A model generated the notes under the pieces. It searched no databases and was not told where the DNA came from. It was given only the letters and a program-made list of their open reading frames with translations. From Eledone cirrhosa (Eukaryota), in assembly GCA_964016885.1 (NCBI GenBank), contig OZ024740.1, positions 433,318,001 through 433,382,000 of the forward strand: a stretch of 64,000 bases of DNA. Direction: 5' to 3'. Position 1 is the stretch's first letter. Each line of letters begins with the position of its first letter. The position numbers and the translations under genes are program-made. Of the stretch, positions 31,780 through 46,600 are shown in pieces.

Positions 31780-32936
31780 TTGACCTGGCAATAAAAACTG
31801 GAGACAAAATTCTTTCTGTACCAAAACCATGGAACACATACATAAGATTGTGTGTGTATGTGTGTGTGTGTGTGTGTGTGTGCGTGCATGCGCGTTTATG
31901 TGTGTGTGTGTGTATCTATCTATGTATATATATAAGGGATACAGATATGGCTTTCTCACTGTCACCAAGCATCTCAATTCATTCGTTGCTACTAAGTATT
32001 TTATTTTGCAACGAGGTATTTTATTTTGCAAGGTACTATTTTTCCCCTGAGTTTGTGATTTCAGAGAAAGGTAAGAAATTCTTCATATTTTGCATCTTTT
32101 GTATTTTGACTTTACAGTTTCAATTGTAGAATTGTCTATCCACTCAAAATATTACAACAGCTAACAGTGAAATATAGAATTTAAAAAAAAAAGCTTTTTC
32201 GACTGAGATCAAATCTGGTTTTTTTTTTTTTAAATATATAATTTGAAATAGCTTGCTTTTGTTTTGGACTGAAACTTTTTTGTATTTAATTTGTACGAGT
32301 ATTTTTTAAAGATTCTAACATAACTTGATTTGGCCCAGTAATCTATTGATTTCAAAATCAGTAGTGTATTGAAAAATGGAAAAATAGGGTAGGGGGCGTT
32401 TCGTGATTTCGAGGGGCAAAAGGGCCGAAATGGGTTGAGAACCATTGGTCTAGTGCAATGTGCCAAGAGTGTCACCCTGCAGCACTCCCGCTGAGATGTC
32501 AAAGAAATCTGTTGGGCCATCAGCATGAGCTCTAGGCACCCTTCTAGATATCTCACTGATTTTGACTTTGCTGCAGATTGCCTAAAAAATGACAACTTTT
32601 GATATCTCTCCAGGAAGCAGCCGCCTTCATTGGCCTTCATCTCAATGAGGGTAAAACAGAATACATATCAAACGGTACAGGCAACAGCTTCAAAGCAATC
32701 AATGGCAGTGATATCAAGCAAGTCGAGGATCTCAAGTATCTTGGGTCCTGGATCATGGACTTTGAAAAGGATTTTGCCACCAGAAAGACCCAAGCATGGT
32801 CAGCTTGCAACAAGATGGATCGAGTTTAGCACTCAAATCTTTCCAACCACACCAAAATCACTCTTCCAAGTAAGAATTCCACCAATTTTACTATATGAAA
32901 GTGAAACATGGATGCTTTCATCCAAACAACAAAAGA

Positions 32937-33664
32937 CCTTTGATGGCACCTACACTACTACTAGTACCACTACTACTACTACCTTGATGTCACCTATACT
33001 ACTACTACTACCACCACTACTACTACTACCTTGATGTCACCTACACTATTACTACTACCACTACTACCTTGATGTCACCTACACCACTACCACCACTACC
33101 ACTACTACCTTGATGTCACCTACACTACTACTACTACCACTACTACCTTGATGTCACCTACACTACTACTACTACTACTACCACTATTACCTTGATGTCA
33201 TCTAAACTACTATTATTACTACTAGTACTAGGGCGGTGGATTGGCAGTATCGGTAGAGGGTCGGACGCCATGCTTTGACGCATAGTTACGGCCCTTGCCA
33301 TTCTGAGTTCAAATCCTGCCGAGGTTAACTTTATCTTTTATCCTTACGGGGTCGATAAAATAAAGTACCAGTAATGCACTGGGTAATTGCTGGCCTTGTG
33401 CCTAAAGTAGAAACAATTATTACTACTAGTACCACTACTACCTTGATGGCACTTACACTACTACTACTACCACTACTACCTTGATGTCACCTACACTACT
33501 ACTACTACTACTACCACTATTACCTTGATGTCATCTAAACTACTATTATTACTACTAGTACCACTACTACCTTGATGTCACCTACACTACTACTACCACT
33601 ACTACCTTGATGTCACCTACACTACTACTACTACTACTACTACTACCTTGATGGCACTTACACT
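32937..33664. repeat. 13 copies of CCTTGATG(T/G)CACCTACACT separated by variable (ACT/ACC)n tracts
   Basis: The unit is the LINE's own 'FDGTYT' codons; the LINE reading resumes at 33665. Confidence 0.9.
33230..33424 (+). mobile_element. Young tRNA-derived SINE (unexpanded counterpart of 15464-16835)
   Basis: AGGGCGGTGGATTGGCAGTATCGGTAGAGGGTCGGACGCCATGCTTT..GTTCAAATCC..GGGGTCGATAAAATAAAGTACCAG..GTAGAAACAATTATT. Confidence 0.9.
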
Positions 33665-34030
33665 CGCCTACTTCAACACATTCAGAACATAAGCTGGCGA
33701 CATCTGACTTTGAGAGAGATATATGCCGGCTCCCCACGCATATCTGTCATTGTACGTAAGATGAGAGTAAGATTTGCTGGCCACTCCCATTGTGCCACCT
33801 ATGTGGCTGTGTCCCCATTAGTGCTTTGGAAACCACAAGCAGTCACTAATAACAGGGGGCACAAGCTCTCTTACCCTGATGTAATCTCCAGAGATTCTGT
33901 TATTGAAATCCAGGAGTTGGCAACGGCAATGAATGACAGACCCATGTGGAGATCAATTGTTCAATCAATTTAGGCTGAAGCTGCCGGATGATGAGAAGGT
34001 AGATTTAATCCATCTCTCGATTAAACATTG

Positions 34031-34363
34031 AAGGTGCTTAGTGGTTCGAGCATTGGGCTTACAATCATGAGGTTGTGAGTTTGATTCTTGGGCAGGGCTT
34101 TGCATTGTGTTCTTGAGCAAGACACTTTATTTCACGTTGCTCCAGTTCACTCTGCTGTAGGAAATGAGTTGTGACATCATTGGTACCAAGCTGTATCGGA
34201 TATTGCCTTTCCCTTGGACAACATTGGTGGCATGGTGAGGGGAGACTGGTATACATGGGCGACAGCTGGTCTTCCACAAACAACTTTGCCCAGACTTGTG
34301 CCTTGGAGGAGAACTTTCTAGGTGTAAATCCCATGGACATTCCTGACTGAAGGGGGTCTTTAC
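34031..34363 (+). mobile_element. CORE-type tRNA-derived SINE
   Basis: GCTTAGTGGTT (A-box-like), GAGTTTGATTC (B-box-like), CORE-like TGTGTTCTTGAGCAAGACACTTTATTTCAC. Confidence 0.7.
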
Positions 34364-34552
34364 GTTTTTTTTATTACTTGACTTAAATGTAGTAACAGTA
34401 GATACTAGTTGATACTAAAGAGACAAAGTTAAACCTGATCGAGTCAGTACCTCAACGAAAGAAGAACAATGAAGATATTTAGAAATGTTTAATGTTTAAT
34501 TTATTAGTTTAACAATTTTAGATGAATAATAATAAAGTTTATCATAGTCTAT

Positions 34553-34678
34553 AATTGTTTCTACATTTGGCACAAGACCAGCAAACACCCAGTTCATTAC
34601 TGGTACTTTATTTTATCGACCCCGTAAAGATGAAAAGCAAGGTTGACATAAGCAGGAATTGAACTCAGACTGTAAAGG
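34553..34678 (-). mobile_element. Reverse-oriented SINE truncated at the start of the 60-bp satellite
   Basis: TTGTTTCTAC..GCACAAGACCAGCAA..CTGGTACTTTATTTTATCGACCCCGTAAAGATGAAAAGC..GGAATTGAACTCAGA; the A-box end is missing and the satellite follows directly. Confidence 0.8.
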
Positions 34679-34680
34679 TA

Positions 34681-37600
34681 TATAGTAACAGGGACCACAC
34701 TGTGATCCCAATACCTAGTTACTGTTTAGTCACAGTATTATATAGTAACAGGGACCAGACTGTGATCACAATACCTAGTTACTGTTTAGTCACAGTATTA
34801 TATAGTAACAGGGACCAGACTGTGATACCAATACCTAGTTACTGTTTAGTCACAGTATTATATAGTAACAGGGACCAGACTGTGATACAATACCTAGTTA
34901 CTGTTTAGTCACAGTATTATATAGTAACAGGGACCAGACTGTGATCCCAATACCTAGTTAATGTATAGTCACAGTATTATATAGTAACAGGGACCAGACT
35001 GTGATCCCAATACCTAGTTACTGTTTAGTCACAGTATTAGATAGTAACAGGGACCACACTGTGATCCCAATACCTAGTTACTGTTTAGTCACAGTGTTAT
35101 ATGGTAACAGGGACCAGACTGTGATCCCAATACCTAGTTACTGTTTAGTCACAGTATTAGATAGTAACAGGGACCACACTGTGATCCCAATACCTAGTTA
35201 CTGTTTAGTCACAGTATTATATAGTAACAGGGACCACACTGTGATCCCAATACCTAGTTACTGTTTAGTCACAGTATTATATAGTAACTGGGACCAGACT
35301 GTGATCCCAATAACTAGTTATTGTTTAGTCACAGTATTATATAGTAACAGGGACCAGACTGTGATCTCAATACCTAGTTACTGTTTAGTCACAGTATTAT
35401 ATAGTAACAGGGACCAGACTGTGATCCCAATACCTAGTTACTGTTTAGTCACAGTATTATATAGTAACAGGGACCAAACTGTGATCCCAATACCTAGTTA
35501 CTGTTTAGTCACAGTATTATATAGTAACAGGGACCAGACTGTGATCCCAATACCTAGTTACTGTTTAGTCACAGTGTTATATAGTAACAGGGACCAGACT
35601 GTGATCCCAATACCTAGTTACTGTTTAGTCACAGTGTTATATAGTAACAGGGACCAGACTGTGATCCCAATACCTAGTTACTGTTTAGTCACAGTGTTAT
35701 ATAGTAACAGGGACCACACTGTGATCCCAATACCTAGTTACTGTTTAGTCACAGTATTATATATTACCAGGGAACAGACTGTGATCCCAATATCTAGTTA
35801 CTGTTTAGTCACACTGTTATATAGTAACAGGGACCAGACTGTGATACAATACCTAGTTACTGTTTAGTCACAGTGTTATATAGTAACAGGGACCAGACTG
35901 TGATCCCAATACCTAGTTACTGTTTAGTCACAGTATTATATAGTAACAGGGACCACACTGTGATCCCAATACCTAGTTACTGTTTAGTCACAGTATTATA
36001 TAGTAACAGGGACCAGACTGTGATCACAATACCTAGTTACTGTTTAGTCACAGTATTATATAGTAACAGGGACCAGACTGTGATACCAATACCTAGTTAC
36101 TGTTTAGTCACAGTATTATATAGTAACAGGGACCAGACTGTGATACCAATACCTAGTTACTGTTTAGTCACAGTATTATATAGTAACAGGGACCAGACTG
36201 TGATCCCAATACCTAGTTAATGTATAGTCACAGTATTATATAGTAACAGGGACCAGACTGTGATCCCAATACCTAGTTACTGTTTAGTCACAGTGTTATA
36301 TAGTAACAGGACCAGACTGTGATCCCAATACCTAGTTACTGTTTAGTCACAGTATTATATAGTAACAGGGACCAGACTGTGATCCCAATACCTAGTTACT
36401 GTTTAGTCACAGTATTATATAGTAACAGGGACCAGAGTGTGATCCCAATACCTGGTTACTGTATAGTCACAGTATTATATAGTAACAGGGACCAGACTGT
36501 GATCCCAATACCTAGTTACTGTATAGTCACAGTATTATATAGTAACAGGGACCAGACTGTGATCCCAATACCTGGTTACTGTATAGTCACAGTATTATAT
36601 AGTAACAGGGACCAGACTGTGATCCCAATACCTAGTTACTGTTTAGTCACAGTGATATATAGTAACAGGGACCAGACTGTGATCCCAATAGCTAGTTACT
36701 GTTTAGTCACAGTATTATATAGTAACAGAGACCAGACTGTGATCCCAATACCTAGTTACTGTTTAGTCACAGTGTTATATAGTAACAGGGACCAGACTGT
36801 GATCCCAATACCTAGTTACTGTTTAGTCACAGTATTATATAGTAACAGAGACCAGACTGTGATCCCAATACCTAGTTACTGTTTAGTCACAGTGTTATAT
36901 AGTAACAGGGACCACACTGTGATCCCAATACCTAGTTACTGTTTAGTCACAGTGTTATATAGTAACAGGGACCAGACTGTGATCCCAATAGCTAGTTACT
37001 GTTTAGTCACAGTATTATATTGTAACAGAGACCAGACTGTGATCCCAATACCTGGTTACTGTATAGTCACAGTATTATATAGTAACAGGGACCAGACTGT
37101 GATCCCAATACCTAGTTACTGTTTAGTCACAGTATTATATAGTAACAGGGACCAGACTGTGATCCCAATACCTAGTTACTGTTTAGTCACAGTATTATAT
37201 AGTAATAGGGACCAGACTGTGATCCCAATACCTGGTTACTGTATAGTCACAGTATTATATAGTAACAGGGACCAGAGTGTGATCCCAATAGCTAGTTACT
37301 GTTTAGTCACAGTATTATATAGTATCAGGCACCACACTGTGATCCCAATACCTAGTTACTGTTTAGTCACAGTATTATATAGTAACAGGGACCAGACTGT
37401 GATCCCAATACCTAGTTACTGTTTAGTCACAGTATTATATAGTAACAGGGACCAGACTGTGATCCCAATACCTGGTTACTGTATAGTCACAGTATTATAT
37501 AGCAACAGGGACCAGACTGTGATCCCAATACCTAGTTACTGTTTAGTCACAGTGTTATATAGTAACAGGGACCAGACTGTGACCCCAATAAATAGTTACT

Positions 37601-40600
37601 GTATAGTCACAGTATTATATAGTAACAGGGATCAGACTGTGATCCCAATACCTAGTTACTGTTTAGTCACAGTGTTATATAGTAACAGGGACCAGACTGT
37701 GACCCCAATACCTAGTTACTGTTTAGTCACAGTATTATATAGTATCAGGGACCAGACTGTGATCCCAATACCTAGTTACTGTTTAGTCACAGTGTTATAT
37801 AGTAACAGGGACCACACTGTGATCCCAATAGCTAGTTACTGTTTAGTCACAGTATTATATAGTAACAGGGACCAGACTGTGATCCCAATACCTAGTTACT
37901 GTTTAGTCACAGTATTATATAGTAACAGGGACCAGACTGTGATCCCAATACCTAGTTACTGTTTAGTCACAGTATTATATAGCAACAGGGACCACACTGT
38001 GATCCCAATACCTAGTTACTGTTTAGTCACAGTGTTATATAGTAACAGGGACCAGACTGTGACCCCAATACCTAGTTACTGTTTAGTCACAGTATTATAT
38101 AGTAACAGGGACCAGACTGTGATCCCAATACCTAGTTACTGTTTAGTCACAGTGTTATATAGTAACAGGGACCAGACTGTGATCCCAATACCTAGTTACT
38201 GTTTAGTCACAATATTATATAGTAACAGGGACCACACTGTGATCCCAATACCTAGTTACTGTTTAGTCACAGTATTATATAGTAACAGGGACCAGACTGT
38301 GATCCAATACCTAGTTACTGTTTAGTCACAATATTATATAGTAACAGGGACCACACTGTGATCCCAATACCTAGTTACTGTTTAGTCATAGTATTATATA
38401 GTAACAGGGACCAGACTGTGATCCTAATACCTAGTTACTGTTTAGTCACAGTATTATATAGTAACAGGGACCAGACTGTGATCCCAATACCTAGTTACTG
38501 TTTAGTCACAGTATTATATAGTAACAGGGACCAGACTGTGATCCCAATACCTAGTTACTGTTTAGTCACATTATTATATAGTAACAGGGACCACACTGTG
38601 ATCCCAATACCTAGTTACTGTTTAGTCACAGTATTATATAGTAACAGGGACCAGACTGTGATCCCAATAGCTAGTTACTGTTTAGTCACAGTATTATATA
38701 GTAACAGGGACCAGACTGTGATCCCAATACCTAGTTACTGTTTAGTCACAGTATTCTATAGTAATAGGGACCAGACTGTGATCCCGATACCTAGTTACTG
38801 TCTAGTCACAGTATTATATAGTAACAGGGACCAGACTGTGATCCCAATAACTAGTTACTGTTTAGTTACAGTGTTATATAGTAACAGGGACCAGACTGTG
38901 ATCCCAATAGCTTGTTACTGTTTAGTCACAGTGTTATATAGTAACAGGGACCACACTGAGATCCCAATACCTAGTTACTGTTTAGTCACAGTGTTATATA
39001 GTAACAGGGACCACACTGTGATCCCAATAGCTAGTTACTATTTAGTCACAGGGACCAGACTGTGATCCCAATACCTAGTTACTGTTTAGTCACAGTATTA
39101 TATAGTAACAGGGACCACACTGTGATCCCAATACCTAGTTACTGTTTAGTCACAGTATTATATAGTAACAGGGACCACACTGTGATCCCAATACCTAGTT
39201 ACTGTTTAGTCACAGTGTTATATAGTAACAGGGACCAGACTGTGACCCCAATACCTAGTTACTGTTTAGTCACAGTATTATATAGTAACAGGGACCAGAC
39301 TGTGATCCCAATACCTAGTTACTGTTTAGTCACAGTGTTATATAGTAACAGGGACCAGACTGTGATCCCAATACCTAGTTACTGTTTAGTCACAATATTA
39401 TATAGTAACAGGGACCACACTGTGATCCCAATACCTAGTTACTGTTTAGTCACAGTATTATATAGTAACAGGGACCAGACTGTGATCCAATACCTAGTTA
39501 CTGTTTAGTCACAATATTATATAGTAACAGGGACCACACTGTGATCCCAATACCTAGTTACTGTTTAGTCATAGTATTATATAGTAACAGGGACCAGACT
39601 GTGATCCCAATACCTAGTTACTGTTTAGTCACAGTATTATATAGTAACAGGGACCAGACTGTGATCCCAATACCTAGTTACTGTTTAGTCACAGTATTAT
39701 ATAGTAACAGGGACCAGACTGTGATCCCAATACCTAGTTACTGTTTAGTCACATTATTATATAGTAACAGGGACCACACTGTGATCCCAATACCTAGTTA
39801 CTGTTTAGTCACAGTATTATATAGTAACAGGGACCAGACTGTGATCCCAATAGCTAGTTACTGTTTAGTCACAGTATTATATAGTAACAGGGACCAGACT
39901 GTGATCCCAATACCTAGTTACTGTTTAGTCACAGTATTCTATAGTAATAGGGACCAGACTGTGATCCCGATACCTAGTTACTGTCTAGTCACAGTATTAT
40001 ATAGTAACAGGGACCACACTGTGATCCCAATAGCTAGTCACTATTTAGTCACAGGGACCAGACTGTGATCCCAATACCTAGTTACTGTTTAGTCACAGTA
40101 TTATATAGTAACAGGGACCACACTGTGATCCCAATACCTAGTTACTGTTTAGTCACAGTATTATATAGTAACAGGGACCACACTGTGATCCCAATAGTTA
40201 TTTACTAATTAGTCACAGGGACCAGACTGTGATCCCAATACCTAGTTACTGTTTAGTCACAGTATTATATAGTAACAGGGACCAGACTGTGATCCCAATA
40301 CCTAGTTACTGTTTAGTCACAGTATTATATAGTAACAGGGACCAGACTGTGATCCCAATAGCTAGTTACTGTTTAGTCACAGTATTATATAGTAACAGGG
40401 ACCAGACTGTGATCCCAATAGCTAGTTACTGTTTAGTCACAGTATTATATAGTAACAGGGACCAGACTGTGATCACAATACCTAGTTACTGTTTAGTCAC
40501 AGTATTATATAGTAACAGGGACCAGACTGTGATCCCAATACCTGGTTACTGTATAGTCACAGTATTATATAGTAACAGGGACCAGACTGTGATCCCAATA

Positions 40601-43600
40601 GCTAGTTACTGTTTAGTCACAGTATTATATAGTAACAGGGATCAGACTGTGATCCCAATAGCTAGTTACTGTTTAGTCACAGTATTATATAGTAACAGGG
40701 ACCAGACTGTGATCCCAATACCTAGTTACTGTTTAGTCACAGTATTATATAGTAACAGGGATCAGACTGTGATCCCAATAGCTAGTTACTGTTTAGGCAC
40801 AGTATTATATAGTAACAGGGACCACACTGTGATCCCAATAGCTAGTTACTGTTTAGTCACAGGGACCAGACTGTGATCCCAATACCTAGTTACTGTTTAG
40901 TCACAGTATTATATAGTAACAGGGACCAGACTGTGATCCCAATACCTAGTTACTGTTTAGTCACAGTATTATATAGTAACAGGGACCAGACTGTGATCCC
41001 AATACCTAGTTACTGTTTAGTCACAGTATTATATAGTAACAGGGACCAGACTGTGATCCCAATACCTAGCTACTGTTTACTCACAGTATTATATAGTAAC
41101 AGGGACCACACTGTGATCCCAATATCTAGTTACTGTTTAGTCACAGTATTATATAGTAACAGGGACCAGACTGTGATCCCAATACCTAGTTACTGTTTAG
41201 TCACAGTGTTATATAGTAACAGGGACCACACTGTGATCCCAATAGCTAGTTACTATTTAGTCACAGGGACCAGACAGTGATCCCAATACCTAGTTACTGT
41301 TTAGTCACAGTATTATATAGTAACAGGGACCAGACTGTGATCCCAATACCTAGTTACTGTTTAGTCACAGTATTATATAGTAACAGGGACCAGACTGTGA
41401 TCCCAATACCTAGTTACTGTTTAGTCACAGTATTATATAGTAACAGGGACCAGACTGTGATCCCAATAGCTAGTTACTGTTTAGTCACAGTATTATATAG
41501 TAACAGGGACCAGACTGTGATCCCAATATCTAGTTACTGTTTAGTCACAGTATTATATAGTAACAGGGACCAGACTGTGATCCCAATAGCTAGTTACTGT
41601 TTAGTCACAGTATTATATAGTAACAGGGACCAGACTGTGATCCCAATACCTGGTTACTGTATAGTCACAGTATTATATAATAACAGGGACCAGACTGTGA
41701 TCCCAATAGCTAGTTACTGTTTAGTCACAGTATTATATAGTAACAGGGATCAGACTGTGATCCCAATAGCTAGTTACTGTTTAGTCACAGGGACCAGACT
41801 GTGATCCCAATACCTAGTTACTGTTTAGTCACAGTATTATATAGTAACAGGGACCAGACTGTGATCCCAATAGCTAGTTACTGTTTAGTCACAGTATTAT
41901 ATAGTAACAGGGACCAGATTGTGATCCCAATACCCAGTTACTGTTTAGTCACAGTATTATATAGTAACAGGGACCAGACTGTGATTCCAATAGCTAGTTA
42001 CTGTTTAGTCACAGTATTATATAGTAACAGGGACCACACTGTGATCCCAATAGCTAGTTACTGTTTAGTCACAGGGACCAGACTGTGATCCCAATACCTA
42101 GTTACTGTTTAGTCACAGTATTATATAGTAACAGGGATCAGAATGTGATCCCAATACCGAGTTGCTGTTTAGTCACAATATTATATAGTAACAGGGACCA
42201 CACTGTGATCCCAATACCTAGTTACTGTTTAGTCACAGTATTATATAGTAACAGGGACCACACTGTGATCCCAATACCTAGTTACTGTTTAGTCACAGTA
42301 TTATATAGTAACAGGGACCAGACTGTGATCCCAATATCTAGTTACTGTTTAGTCACAGTATTATATAGTAACAGGGACCAGACTGTGATCCCAATACCTA
42401 GCTACTGTTTAGTCACAGTATTATATAGTAACAGGGACCACACTGTGATCCCAATATCTAGTTACTGTTTAGTCGCAGTATTATATAGTAACAGGGACCA
42501 GACTGGGATCACAATACCTAGTTACTGTTTAGTCACAGTATTATATAGTAACAGGGACCAGACTGTGATCCCAATACCTAGTTACTGTTTAGTCACAGTA
42601 TTATATAGTGACAGGGACCAGACTGTGATCCCAATAGCTAGTTACTGTTTAGTCACAGTATTATATAGTAACAGGGACCAGACTGTGATCCCAATACCTG
42701 GTTACTGTATAGTCACAGTATTATACAATAACAGGGACCAGACTGTGATCCCAATAGCTAGTTACTGTTTAGTCACAGTATTATATAGTAACAGGGATCA
42801 GACTGTGATCCCAATAGCTAGTTACTGTTTAGTCACAGTATTATATAGTAACAGGGACAACACTGTGATCCCAATAGCTAGTTACTGTTTAGTACCAGGG
42901 ACCAGACTGTGATCCCAATACCTAGTTACTGTTTAGGCACAGTATTATATAGTAACAGGGACCACACTGCGATCCCAATAGCTAGTTACTGTTTAGTCAC
43001 AGGGACCAGACTGTGATCCCAATACCTAGTTACTGTTTAGTCACAGGGACCAGACTGTGATCCCAATACCTAGTTACTGTTTAGTCACAGTATTATATAG
43101 TAACAGGGACCAGAATGTGATCCCAATACCGAGTTACTGTTTAGTCACAATATTATATAGTAACAGGGACCACACTGTGATCCCAATACCTAGTTACTGT
43201 TTAGTCACAGTATTATATAGTAACAGGGACCAGACTGTGATCCCAATACCTAGTTACTGTTTAGTCACAGTATTATATAGTAACAGGGACCAGACTGTCA
43301 TCCCAATACCTAGTTACTGTTTAGTCACAATATTATATAATAACAGGGACCAGACTGTGATCCCAATACCTAGTTACTGTTTAGTCACAGTTTTCTATAG
43401 TAATAGAGACCAGACTGTGATCCCAATACCTAGTTACTGTTTAGTCACAGTATTATATAGTAACAGGGACCAGAATGTGATCCCAATACCGAGTTACTGT
43501 TTAGTCACAATATTATATAGTAACAGGGACCACACTGTGATCCCAATACCTAGTTACTGTTTAGTCACAGTATTATATAGTAACAGGGACCAGACTGTGA

Positions 43601-46600
43601 TCCCAATACCTAGTTACTGTTTAGTCACAGTATTATATAGTAACAGGGACCAGACTGTCATCCCAATACCTAGTTACTGTTTAGTCACAATATTATATAA
43701 TAACAGGGACCAGACTGTGATCCCAATACCTAGTTACTGTTTAGTCACAGTTTTCTATAGTAATAGAGACCAGACTGTGATCCCAATACCTAGTTACTGT
43801 TTAGTCACAGTATTATATAGTAACAGGGACCAGACTGGGATCACAATACCTAGTTACTGTTTAGTCACAGTATTCTATAGTAACAGGGACCAGACTGTGA
43901 TCCCAATAGCTAGTTACTGTTTAGTCACAGTATTATATAGTAACAGGGACCAGACTGTGATCCCAATACCTAGTTACTGTTTAGTCACAGTATTCTATAG
44001 TAATAGGGACCAGACTGTGATCCCGATACCTAGTTACTGTTTAGCCACAGTATTATATAGTAACAGGGACCAGACTGTGATCCCAATAGCTAGTTACTGT
44101 TTAGTCACAGTATTATATAGTAATAGGGACCAGACTGTGATCCCAATACCTAGTTACTGTTTAGTCACAGTATTATATAGTAACAGGGACCAGACTGTGA
44201 TCACAATACCTAGTTACTGTTTAGTCACAGTATTATATAGTAACAGGGACCAGACTGTGATCCCAATACCTAGTTACTGTTTAGTCACAGTGTTATATAG
44301 TAACAGGGACCAGACTGTGATCCCAATACCTAGTTACTGTTTAGTCACAGTATTCTATAGTAACAGGGACCAGACTGTGATCCCAATAGCTAGTTACTGT
44401 TTAGTCACAGTATTATATAGTAACAGGGACCAGACTGTGACCGCAATAGCTAATTACTGTTTAGTCACAGTATTATATAGTAACAGGGACCACACTGTGA
44501 TCACAATACCTAGTTACTGTTTAGTCACAGTATTCTATAGTAACAGGGACCAGACTGTGATCCCAATACCTAGTTACTGTTTAGTCACAGTATTATATAG
44601 TAACAGGGACCACACTATGATCCCAATACCTAGTTACTGTTTAGTCACAGTATTATATAGTAACTGGTATCAGACTGTGATCCCAATACCTAGTTACTGT
44701 TTAGTCACAGTATTATATAGTAACAGGGACCAGACTGTGATCACGATACCTAGTTACTGTTTAGTCACAGTATTATATAGTAACAGGGACCAGACTGTGA
44801 TCCCAATACCTAGTTACTGTTTAGTCACAGTGTTATATAGTAACAGGGACCAGACTGTGATCCCAATACCTAGTTACTGTTTAGTCACAGTGTTATATAG
44901 TAACAGGGACCAGACTGTGATCCCAATACCTAGTTACTGTTTAGTCACAGTGTTATATAGTAACAGGGACCAGACTGTGATCACAGTACCTAGTTACTGT
45001 TTAGTCACAGTATTATATAGTAACAGGGACCAGACTGTGATCCCAATAGCTAGTTACTGTTTAGTCACAGGGACCAGACTGTGATCCCAATACCTAGTTA
45101 CTGTTTAGTCACAGTATTATATAGTAACATGGACCAGACTGTGATCACAGTACCTAGTTACTGTTTAGTCACAGTATTATATAGTAACAGGGACCAGACT
45201 GTGATCCCAATAGCTAGTTACTGTTTAGTCACAGGGACCAGACTGTGATCCCAATACCTAGTTACTGTTTAGTCACAGTATTATATAGTAACAGGGACCA
45301 GACTGTGATCCCAATACCTAGTTACTGTTTAGTCACAGTATTATATAGTAACAGGGACCACACTGTGATCCCAATACCTAGTTACTGTTTAGTCAGAGTA
45401 TTATATAGTAACAGGGACCAGACTGTGATCCCAATAGCTAGTTACTGTTTAGTCACAGTATTATATAGTAACAGGGACCAGACTGTGATCCCAATACCTA
45501 GTTACTGTTTAGTCACAGTATTATATAGTAACAGGGACCAGACTGTGATCCCAATAGCTAGTTACTGTTTAGTCACAGTATTATATAGTAACAGGGACCA
45601 GACTGTGATCCCAATACCTGGTTACTGTATAGTCACAGTATTATATAATAACAGGGACCAGACTGTGATCCCAATAGCTAGTTACTGTTTAGTCACAGTA
45701 TTATATAGTAACAGGGATCAGACTGTGATCCCAATAGCTAGTTACTGTTTAGTCACAGTATTATATAGTAACAGGGACAACACTGTGATCCCAATAGCTA
45801 GTTATTGTATAGTACCAGGGACCAGACTGTGATCCCAATACCTAGTTACTGTTTAGGCACAGTATTATATAGTAACAGGGACCACACTGTGATCCCAATA
45901 GCTAGTTACTGTTTAGTCACAGGGACCAGACTGTGATCCCAATACCTAGTTACTGTTTAGTCACAGTATTATATAGTAACAGGGACCAGACTGTGATCCC
46001 AATAGCTAGTTACTGTTTAGTCACAGTATTATATAGTAACAGGGACCAGACTGTGATCCCAATACCCAGTTACTGTTTAGTCACAGTATTATATAGTAAC
46101 AGGGACCAGACTGTGATCCCAATAGCTAGTTACTGTTTAGTCACAGTATTATATAGTAACAGGGACCACACTGTGATCCCAATAGCTAGTTACTGTTTAG
46201 TCACAGGGACCAGACTGTGATCCCAATACCTAGTTACTGTTTAGTCACAGTATTATATAGTAACAGGGACCAGAATGTGATCCCAATACCGAGTTACTGT
46301 TTAGTCACAATATTATATAGTAACAGGGACCACACTGTGATCCCAATACCTAGTTACTGTTTAGTCACAGTATTATATAGTAACAGGGACCAGACTGTGA
46401 TCCCAATACCTAGTTACTGTTTAGTCACAGTATTATATAGTAACAGGGACCAGACTGTCATCCCAATACCTAGTTACTGTTTAGTCACAATATTATATAA
46501 TAACAGGGACCAGACTGTGATCCCAATACCTAGTTACTGTTTAGTCACAGTAATCTATAGTAATAGAGACCAGACTGTGATCCCAATACCTAGTTACTGT

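Larger units (their letters stand above)
32545..33995 (+). mobile_element. Degenerate RTE-group LINE 3' fragment, interrupted by a tandem expansion and a SINE
   Basis: LTDFDFA, IGLHLNEGKTEY, VEDLKYLGS, ILLYESETW..FDGTYT | RLLQHIQNISW..RVRFAGH..AMNDRPMWRSIV. Confidence 0.8.

Noticed and set aside
32937-33664. CRISPR-like repeat/spacer appearance
   Set aside because: Spacers are (ACT/ACC)n microsatellite, the repeat is LINE coding sequence, the context is eukaryotic and there are no cas genes.
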